Assembly (NCBI RefSeq): GCF_006345805.1
Contig: NC_042998.1
Coordinates: 80,910,001-80,974,000 of the forward strand
DNA length: 64,000 nucleotides
Direction of reading: 5' to 3'
From: Octopus sinensis
Taxonomy: Eukaryota
Made by a program: the position numbers and the translations under genes. Below the pieces are notes generated by a model that was not told where the DNA came from, made no database searches, and worked only from the letters and a program-made list of their open reading frames with translations. This document shows positions 53,763-64,000 of this stretch, piece by piece (position 1 is the first letter of the stretch; every line of letters starts with the position of its first letter).

Positions 53763-55597
53763 GATTTTCGGGCTAAATTTGACGATATTTTATGTTTCTT
53801 CTGAGAAAGAGTGTGACGTATTAATAGTCAATGGCGTTGGAGAGTATAAAGATTAAACTGGTACTTGAGAAAACGTTAGCTGACATGGAGGTCTAGAAAC
53901 CACCTGGATATTGGAAAAGAGTTGTATCACGATGATTCGTACCGAGTATCAAAATGCTGAAATCATGACTGCTGCTTAGTGTTCGGTAAACACCGTAAAG
54001 GCTGTCAGGCGTGACACGCACAGCTGCAACGGAGAATACTAGGCTGTAACCGGCAGAAAGGGACACAGTAGGTGCGTTTCATGACTGAAACAAGTAAATG
54101 ATAAGAGATAAAGAATCTGCTGAAGGCCTCCCGTTGGGAGAAGAATATAGTAAACACCAATAGGAAAGACACAACAACCACAAGGTTTTGAACTCTCCTC
54201 GCACGCGCAATGACGGACAATTTCTACTCATCGTAAATAAACAATAATGTATATAGATTTATAATTCTATGGAACAGCATGCATCACCCCTTAGCAACAA
54301 CTCTATAATCGACCAGGCCACCATCACTACCCCACCCGACCGCTAGCAGACATTTCAATGAAAACAATCACATCTAGAACAGAAACGCCATTGCAAGAGG
54401 TGACGGAATTACGCAAGAACAGTGTTTCGCAAGGAAATGAATTAACAATTTTAAACTGATCCCATTGATGCTTCCCAGATAAGCTTTTGTTATTATGTCG
54501 TGAACGAATTATTGCTAAAAGCATCTAATTAATCTCATCAATAATTTTTAATTCGGTACATTATGATAAAATCAAAGGTTGTGAAGAGGTTTACTCTATA
54601 TCTGCACTTCAAGTATTTCATTGTTTTTTTAAAAAATTTTATTATTGATTTTTCTCTTTAAAGGTTCATTGTAATCATTCAACAAAAAAAGTGTTAAATT
54701 TTAACAAAAGAAAATTGTTAAAATAAATATTCTTAGTAATTAAATCGTGGCAAATATATTATTCTTAAAATGGGATTTAATTATTTACGCTGGTAAATTA
54801 GATTATATTTCATTCTAATGTGAGTTTCCTGTTTCTCATATAACTTTCGCTTTTATCATCTCATTCAAGTAGAGAGACTTCTACGATCGTTCATCATATG
54901 CTTTTTATTTTGTTTAGAGTTTGGAAAGACACCCCTCCCCTTAAAACAGCCACTGAAACAATAAAAACAGTTAAAATAATAACTACATCAAACGTCATTA
55001 AGTATTCAGTTCAGAAGATATCAAATTATAACCATAGAACGAATATTGTATCTGCGGTTGCTCATAGAGGTGATGATGATGATGGTGATGATGCTGATAT
55101 TGTCTTCTTTCATTTAGACATCATTATGTTTCCAGAGTAGGTTTACTCTGAATAAATTACAGAATCATTCTTTATATGATGATTATATCGAACCCTGAAG
55201 GAATCTTTTGTAAGGTTTCTATTATTTTCGAACTCTATATATTTTCCACTGATATTTTTTTTACACCCTGATATTTTTTTTTCTGTTCATCATTTTAGAG
55301 CATCTAATTTGTTCTTCTCCGCTAATTTTTCTTTTTTATATGTAATACCATTTTCATGACCTTTTACCATATTCAAGTTTTCTTTAGAGGAATTTTTTTC
55401 TGTAGGTTCATATTTTTTCACCTTTCATTTTATATTTAACATTTTATAAAGCAACCCTACATTTTCCATTCATTTCCACCCTCCATTCCATTAATTATTC
55501 TTAGTCAGCCCCGCTACCCACACGCTCATCACACACACTACTTCTCTCATACAATAAGTAAAACACCTGCACATTCCAATGTACTCGTACTTACAAA

Positions 55598-55631
<34 letters not shown>

Positions 55632-55748
55632 CGTACCCATACATTTAGATGCAGACACAAGTTATACACTATTATATTTACCTCTTTATTTTCTCATTCC
55701 TTCACCCACTTATTCACGCAATGGTAGTGAGCACATGAATAAATGAAT

Positions 55749-55784
<36 letters not shown>

Positions 55785-55939
55785 CTATCCTTTTCTACTC
55801 TAGACACAAGGCCCGAAATTTTAGGGGAGGGCGCCAGTCGATTAGATCGACAACAGTACGCAACTGTTGCTTAAATTATCCCGAAAGGGATGAAAGTCAA
55901 AATTAAACTCGGCGGAATTTGAACTCAGAACTTAAATAT

Positions 55940-56860
55940 ATATACACTCACACAAACATACACACACACATACTTACACACACACTCGCCTGCACGCGCA
56001 CACACATGCATGACAAACACCCATACACTCACACTCACATACGCACACACCAACATAAACACGCACACGCACACACACACCTACACTCCCACACACATAC
56101 ATACGCACCTACATACACACACGCACGCATACACACGCACACACACGCATACACACATACATTACACACGTACACACACACCTACATACACATGCATACA
56201 CACACACACACAAACATGCACGGACACACCCAGACATACATACACACACCTATACACACACGCCCACACACCTACATACACACACATACACGGACACACC
56301 CATACATACTTACATACATACACCTATACACACACGCCTACACACCTACATACACACACATGCATACACACACACACATGTACGCACATATACACACATA
56401 TACGCACATACATATATACCCATACACATGCACACACACACACATACGCACATGCATGCATGCATGCACACGCGCACACCTACACGCATACATGCATACA
56501 CACACACACACGCACGTACACATACATACATGCACACACACATAATACACCCATACACATACATGCATCCTACACACACATACATACACACTCACACATA
56601 CATACACACACACACACTCACTCACACACCTGTATGTACGCGCACACACATACACATACACACACTTCCACACACCCACACGTACATACATACACACTCA
56701 TACACTTACACACACACACACACACGGACATACATCTATGCACACACATATATACACACATACTCACCTACATTCATTGGACACACTGACACCCAGACAT
56801 ACACACAGACACACTCACACATCCACACACATACATACTTACGCTCACACTCGCAGGCGC
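55940..56860. repeat. ~0.9-kb compound (CA/TA/CG) purine-pyrimidine alternating tract
   Basis: Direct reading; it explains the His/Thr-repeat ORFs. Confidence 0.95.
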
Positions 56861-56899
56861 GCGCACACGCGCGCTTGCGCCGGTTCACGTACGCATACA

Positions 56900-57700
56900 C
56901 GCATGCATGCACCTCGCTCGTGGACCCGGCTGGACCTCCCGCTCGTTCCTGGGGCCGTCGCTTGTCCTTGGGTTCTCCCACGCCCGTCTCCGCGGGACCA
57001 CTCTTCCATCTTCCCCTCAGCTGGAGTCCTTTTTCCTTATAACCCCCCCTTTTTTGTTACACACACGCGCACACATACATACACCCACTCACACACACAC
57101 ATTGCTTAAATATATACATTACTCTTACACACCCTTCAAATCTACTCGCCATTAATACAACCACGACACTGGACACACACACACACACTACTACTCAACA
57201 CACGCTGGCACGTTACATACGCCCCCACCCCTTCCCCTCCCTCCCTTCCTCCTTCCTTCATTTTCTTACTACTGACCACTGTCTGCTGCCGACTACTGTT
57301 CGCCCTACCTCACACGCCTACACACAGACGCATACACTAACATATACATATATTTTTTGTTTTTTATCTCGCCTCACACACACATACACACACATCTGTT
57401 GCGTTACCAACCCTGTCTCCACTCTTTTGGCTTTAAAAACCTACTTTGCTCTTGTTATCGTAAACTTCCGCCTTTCACCATGTGTACTTCGTAAACACCA
57501 GTCGTTTTTTTCTCCATCTCTTGTTGCCCACTTTGGGATCTTTCTTTCCTCTCTCTTCCTTCTTTATGTTTCCGACGAAGAGCTCCGCTCGAAACGTCAT
57601 ACCTTCCTGCTTCCATATTTCCTGAGCGCCTATTAATAATAATACTGTAATTGTTCCACGTGTTGTTGTTTTTTTGTTTTCCCGTTTGGATTAAAATTAT
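56900..57700 (+). mobile_element. Probable Penelope-like terminal repeat
   Basis: Pyrimidine-rich tract with a hammerhead motif at 57572-57598, ending in (TA)n. Confidence 0.5.
57566..57602 (+). ncRNA. Minimal hammerhead motif with a zero-loop palindromic stem III
   Basis: GTTT-CCGACGA-A-GAGC-tcc-GCTC-GAAAC-GTC. Confidence 0.6.
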
Positions 57701-57738
57701 ATATATATATATATGTATATATTAATAATATTAATATA

Positions 57739-57860
57739 CGAGGTCTGATTGAAAACTATCGGGACTGTTGCTATGGTAATGAAGCTTATGTACACATATG
57801 AAACTCTATTGCGCATGCACACCAAGCTATAGCGTTTTCGCTCACTTCCGTTTTATATGG
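57739..57860 (+). mobile_element. Mariner-type left end fragment
   Basis: TA|CGAGGTCTGATTGAAAACTATCGGGACTG resembles mariner TIRs. No matching right end seen. Confidence 0.5.
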
Positions 57861-58139
57861 GCATAATCATATATTTAGTGAGAATATATTCCTTTACAAC
57901 TTTTTCAAAAATTCATCGTCTGGAAATTCTGAATGAACTACGACAACCTCAATATTCTTCACTTAGAATGATCAGACTGAGGGGTGGCTGTGTGGTAAGA
58001 GGATCGCTTCCTAACCATAAGGTTCCCTGTTCAGTCTCGCTACGTGGAACGTTGAGCAAGAGTCTTTTAATAGAGCCCTCGACCTGCCAAACCGTTGAGT
58101 GGATCTTTTAGACGGAAACCAACGGAAGACCGTCGTATG

Positions 58140-58175
<36 letters not shown>

Positions 58176-58452
58176 TATATCAATTCTGACAAAACCAGCA
58201 CATCGGAAAGTTATAACCGCTAAAATGACTGGAGAGCTACAACACAGATCAGAGGTTATACTTTCTATCCAAATCCTCGAGGAGACAACCACAAGTTTCA
58301 TACTAACAAGCTATATTAATTAGGCGTCTACAGTTCAGAAATCAATAATGTTTTGAAGTTTCATCTTTTAAATGTCATCTGTCAGACATCGCCCAACGCT
58401 CTTTTATACTATATACTTCTGTCTTAATTACAGCATTTTTTTTTCTATATTT

Positions 58453-58614
58453 AGGAGTGGCTGTGTGGTAAGTAGCTTGCTTACGAACCACATGGTTCTG
58501 GGTTCAGTCCCACTGCGTGGCACCTTGGGCAAGTGTTTTCTACTATAGCCTCGAGAGGATTTGGTAGACGGAAACTGAAAGAAGCCCGTCGTATGTATAT
58601 ATATATATATATAT

Positions 58615-58690
<76 letters not shown>

Positions 58691-58887
58691 TTGTGTGTCT
58701 GTCTGTCGCCCCCAACATCACTTGGCAACCGATGCTGGTGTGTTTACGTCCCCGTAACTTAGCGGTTCGGCTAAGGAACCGATAGAATAAGTACTAGGAT
58801 TACAAAGAATAAGTCCTGGGGTCGATTTGCTCGACTAAAGGCGGTGCTCCAGTATGGCTGCAGTCAAATGACTGAAACTAGAAAAAG
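58453..58887 (+). mobile_element. Full-length family-B tRNA-headed SINE
   Basis: AGGAGTGGCTGTGTGGTAAG (A-box-like), GGTTCAGTCCC (B-box-like), GGCACCTTGGGCAAG core, internal TA/GT tract and GAAA tail. Confidence 0.85.
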
Positions 58888-60382
58888 AAAGAAAGAAGAA
58901 AGAAAGAAAGAAAGAATGTAGTTATACTTCTCCAGAAAAAATATTAAATACTTTCTTTTCATTCTGCTCTACTTTCCTTAGTATTATTTTAATATCTTCT
59001 ACACTGTCTTTCTTGTGTATGTATTTTTGTGCAACGTTTCAAAGAGGCTAGAGCATAATTTGTACATAATTTAGCTATTGAAAACATACGCAAAGAAAAT
59101 AACTGAATCTTATCAAATTATATATAGAATATAAATAGATGGGGGAAATGAAAGTTTTGAAACAGGTTTACGGCATTTAAATATGTAGCACGCTGATAGT
59201 AATAAATCTGACAAAACAGTTTTGTCTCGCCTCTAACTTAGTATAGTCACAATCATGTCCAAGGATGAAACACGAACTTGCAATCCTCCTGGGTGAAGGA
59301 TAGATAACGTAATCGTTTGACAACGATATTACTTGTATAAATATGACACGTAATTATTCTAAAGATTATCAAACATTATAAATATATGGATGCTTTCAAA
59401 GATTCGTCAAAATCTACTCTACACACTTTCGGTTTATTCACTGTTTCAATGAATGCCATCTTTATAGTTAAATGAAACTTATTCACTTGAGATAATGGTA
59501 ATTGTATCTTAAAAGATTTTTAGGATATTTTCGAAATGAGCAGTGATCAATAATTTTGAAATATTTCCGACAATATTATATGTAATCTGTCAAGCATTTA
59601 TTGATCTGTGCATTATATCCATAGAATTCAAGCTGGAAATTACATGAAATGATTAATAGACCAAAGCAAGCATATTCTCAGTTAGTCTTCGGTACGAATG
59701 GAAAACATGATTTATATATTATCAAATGCAAAGAGTAACACAGAAGAACTACGCAACGTAGCATCCTGTAAATATACAATATTGCCATTCAATAGATGTA
59801 GATGATATATTAAGTCTTTGTCACAGAGAAAGAGGAAACAAAGCTGATTTGGTTCCATTAGTCAGTACACCAATGTTTTCATGAAAGGAAACATAATCGT
59901 TCGGAGCCAATGCTATTTGAACTCACTGCTGCTATATACCCTCAGGTAAGCAAGTTGTTAGTGACAAAGGCGATTGTATTTGGCAACAAATGAGATGAAT
60001 TTAGATAAGATAGTTAGTGTAATTATTTATTTTATTGGACAGCTCATCACAATTGAGGCTTAAAATATGTTTGTAATCATGAAAGTATCATATATATATT
60101 TATACTACTTTTCCTTTGAAGAGTTTTAGAAATAGTGGAATAAATAACATCAATAAAGCATAGACAAACATCCCCAAAAGATGAGGAAAATAATGGATTT
60201 ACTTCAATCGCATAAAACATTTTATAATTGCACTCTACATTACACCGATACTAAACTGCATAGTTTAGTATCGGTGATAGGGTACTATTTATATCAGTAT
60301 TTACAATATCATCATCTTTCCAATCATGCGCATTATGAACAAGAACAAGACCAATAATAATAATGATAATGATAATAATAAT

Positions 60383-60417
<35 letters not shown>

Positions 60418-60453
60418 TAATAATAATAGTCTGGTAATATGCCATACGGTTGA

Positions 60454-60840
60454 TTATTATTATGAAACCGCATAGCATATTACTAGTCAATGTACACCAC
60501 TAGCACAGAAAGAATATAAGAGACGTCATGACAAGGATTGTTCATTGGGCACTTTGCAACAAGTATTGACTTGACAGAGCAAAAATGTGGCAGGAGCATA
60601 AGCCCGAAGGCATCATCGAAATTGATAATGTAAAGATACTATGGGATTTTATGATTCAATGTGGACCATGAGATAGAGAATAGAAAACCAGACATAGTGT
60701 TAATTGAGAAAGAAAACAAACGATGCTGGATCAACTCAGTATGCAATAAGGAAGGGAGAAAAGTCGATAGATATAACAGGTTAGCTTGGGATGTTAAGCA
60801 ATTGTGGTCGCTGAAAAAGGTGGTCGTAGTATCAATTATT
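60454..60840 (+). mobile_element. R4/Dong-like LINE fragment next to an (AAT)n tract
   Basis: ETA*HITSQCTPLAQKEYKRRHD, VKILWDF and HEIENRKPDIVLIEK...KQLWSLKKVVVV. Confidence 0.85.
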
Positions 60841-61030
60841 AATACACATTTACAAAATATCTTACTGTTAACTTTTATTTGATGCTACACCTCATTTGAC
60901 TTTGTCGTTTTAAGCCAAATACCTCTTTTAAGCTTTCAATACATTTTTCCGCATTGTAAGATTACTTTCTAAGCTTTATATGTTACGGCAATACTGTATA
61001 GATGAAATTTCCAAGTATTTTAGTAACCTA

Positions 61031-61146
61031 CTAGCAGTATAACCCGGCTTTGCCCGGGATTAAGTTAGGATTATTAAGCTAATCAAGTTCTTTATTTCAA
61101 ACCAAACTAACATTGACGTCAAATTTGGGCGAAATCTATTGAAATT

Positions 61147-61181
<35 letters not shown>

Positions 61182-61610
61182 GCAACACACACACACATAC
61201 ATACACACACGTACGTACGTACACCTATTGCAATTATGATTTTTGTACGCATACATGTTCGTGTGTGTGTGTGTGCGTGTTTCCCGTATATCAACAAAAC
61301 ACTCGATGGAAAAAACAACAAAAGTCTTAACAAAATGTTATTCGTCGCTAGACGGGGACATAACTCCTGTTTGCAAACAATGGTGATTTCTCCGACTTGA
61401 AAATTGTTTTGGTTGAAAATTTATTTTTACTGCTATTCGCGGGAGCCTCTGGTAAAAATAAGTTGACGAAAATACAACTAGGATCATGACGAATGTCCTC
61501 CTAAAATTGGAGCGCCATGCGTGCTAATTTGTGGACGTGCATAAATTACATTCACGTACACACACGCACACATACATACACACAGAGATCCTGCCTTTTA
61601 TATATACAGA
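61031..61610 (-). mobile_element. 580-bp non-autonomous Helitron (second family)
   Basis: On the minus strand, A|TCTGTATATATAAAAGGCAG at 61610 and hairpin CCCGGGCAAAGCCGGG plus CTAG|T at 61031. Confidence 0.8.
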
Positions 61611-63053
61611 TACTCTCTGCAATTACATCGAAATACGCCAGTTCGGCTTCCAAAATAGTTTGCACAGTTCTGTATGTCACGTCTGTAGACAATCTGGTGT
61701 GTATAACAAACATTTGATGTCTGCTTAATTTACTACATTTTAGGTTCAAACTGAAATCAAACGACATGCAGCTGTTTAAACGCAAAATTGGGATTTCTCC
61801 CCGATATTTATCCAATATATAACATTACTAACTTATCATGAACAAATAAAATACATTATTTCTTTTTTCAACTTATGGAAAGCATTTCAACGTAAGAGTA
61901 CTAATGCATAAGAAAATATTTTAAAATGTCAACAAAAAAGATATCCAGAAGTTATTTATCGTTACTTTGTGACAAAATAAGTTGGAAATTATTTTTTAGT
62001 ATTTAGATACCATATTTGCTTGAAGGTGGTTGTTTGTAATCCTGAGAAAAATAATCGGATCGTGCGTGACAATCTGTTTATTACTTTCACAGTGTCTGTA
62101 GCAGTTTTCTGATTTTATTGTAGTGAATTTGAACAAAAAGCTGTCTTGCTTTGCATTGATACGTAAATATTTATTGATCAAGATATAAAGAATTCTATTT
62201 TCATTGATATAAAATACTTGTAATTGCATTAACAATGGATTGATAAAAACACAATTTATGTTTCAAAAGCTCCTGCATAAGACTATTTTATCTAAAAGCT
62301 AAATTTTCATTGGAATATTAAATGGATCCAATGGCAAAGAAGTAGCAGAAGCACTATAGTAATGATTAAATTCCTCATAATTTGTAGATGTGTCATTCTA
62401 GTTTCAAAGTTCAAATTCTACCAAGTCGATGGCTAAGTCATTCACATAAATAAAATCAGGTATACATAAGATAAGGAAATTGATTCATTCGTCCATACTT
62501 TTTCTACTTAAGAACTGCTTTTGTCAAATAAAATATGTAGAGTACATCGAAAGTATTGTAAGAAAACGATCTTAATCCTCTCAAACTTGGGCCTCCGTGT
62601 CAAACTTAACACTCCACCTGGGCTCACGGGCAAAAAGAAATTGAATAGTTGCATATAAAGCTCAAAAGTAACGATTGCCGGCAAACTAATGGACAGAATA
62701 TTCTTCTTCTATGTGTGTTTTTCGTTACTGCTTTGCTTGGAATCCAGCGAAGATGATGTTTAATCTATCTCCACAATGGTGGAAATAGGGTGTGGCTGGG
62801 CTAACGAAGCATAGTCGAATAGTATTAATTTAAGTGTTACTATTTCTGAGTGTGTACTGTGACATCTGTATATTTTTGCCTATTTAGTGAATTGTCAGGA
62901 AATGAGAAGCTGGGCCCATATGCCTTGTGGGCGAAAATGAAGTGTGATTCCCTAAAGACTACAACTCTGGGAGAAATTTTTAGAGTGAAATTCGGAGGTG
63001 TAACGCCGGCTCTTAGTTGAGCTTCGTAAAGATCAGCAATTGATGAGGAATGT

Positions 63054-63778
63054 AATATTCTTTTCTACTCTAGGCACAAAGCTCGAAATTTTGGGGGAGG
63101 GGCCCAGTCGATTAGATCGACACCAGTATGCAACTGGTACTTAATTAAACTGCCCCGAAAGGATGAAACGCAAAGTCAACCTCAGCAGAATTTGAACTCT
63201 GAACGTAAAGACAGACGAAATACCTATTTCTTTACTACCCACAAGGGGCTAAACACAGAGAGGACAAACAAGGACAGATAAAGGGATTAAGTCGATTACA
63301 TCGACCCCAGTGCGTAACTGGTACTTAATCTATCGACCCCAAAAGGATGAAAGGCAAAGTCGACCTCGGCGGAATTTGAACTCAGAACGTATAAGGCGGC
63401 GAGGTGGCAGAAACGTTAGCACGCCGGGCGAAAAGCGTAGCCGTATTTCGTCTGCCTTTACGTTCTGAGTTCAAATTCCGCCGAGGTCGACTTTGCCTTT
63501 TATCCTTTCGATAAATTAAGTACCAGTTACGCATTGGGGTCGATGTATTCGACTTAATCCATTTGTCTGTCCTTGTTTGTCCCCTCTATGTTTAGCTCCT
63601 TGTGGGCAATAAAGAAATAAGAAACGTTAGCACGCCGGGCGAAATGCATAGCGGTATTTCGTCTGTCTTTACGCTGGGGTCGATACATAAAGAACTGGTT
63701 GCGTACTGGGATCGATCTAATCGACTGGCCCCCTCCCTAAAATGTTTGGGGTTTGTGCCTAGAGTAGAAAAGAATATT
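63054..63778. repeat. Quasi-palindrome of four family-A SINE units (two minus, then two plus)
   Basis: The ends AATATTCTTTTCTACTCTAGGCACAA and TTGTGCCTAGAGTAGAAAAGAATATT are exact reverse complements. Inner arms at about 63225-63391 and 63460-63620 also pair. Confidence 0.88.
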
Positions 63779-64000
63779 GTATGATCCTGAAAGGAAAGCC
63801 TGATCTATTGAGATGCAAATTTTGCTCATATTATGTATTGCAGATCATCACAACTGAAAAACAGAGTTAGGGAGAACAAGTATTTGAAGAGATCTTCTGG
63901 ATTATATTTGTGCATAATTTTTGTGTAAATGAAATGTATTTGAAACTATTTCCTTATTATGTGTAATGACTGTGTGCTGGCATGGTTAAAGATGACCAGG

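Noticed and set aside
57771-57785. RFX X-box-like GTTGCTATGGTAAT
   Set aside because: It lies in a mariner-type end about 31 kb from the ciliary gene fragment and is an imperfect match. No convincing X-box was found in the captured upstream 112 bp either.

Overview
AT-rich, repeat-saturated eukaryotic DNA. The SINE families, simple-repeat load and LINE types resemble an octopod cephalopod (Octopus) genome; this is from recall and was not checked against a database. No complete host gene is visible, and most ORF-track entries are translations of microsatellites. The window holds decayed DNA transposons (hAT/Buster, Tc1 DD34E, maT DD37D, mariner-type MITEs), one large and three or four small Helitrons, RTE LINEs, restriction-like-endonuclease (R4/Dong-like) LINE 3' fragments, Penelope-like elements with hammerhead-ribozyme motifs, and tRNA-headed SINEs. 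The main finding is an uninterrupted 238-codon ORF encoding the N-terminal PIH1 region of the dynein-assembly factor Kintoun (DNAAF2/PF13), at 25877-26593. It lies in an 850-bp insert that splits a ~500-bp non-autonomous Helitron, and an uninterrupted copy of the same Helitron at 50855-51370 pins down both junctions. Other notable features are an RTE ORF with its RT domain deleted in frame but an intact endonuclease, retroelement families that each sit in a different microsatellite, three hammerhead motifs (two with the same CCGA core variant), and several fold-back structures.
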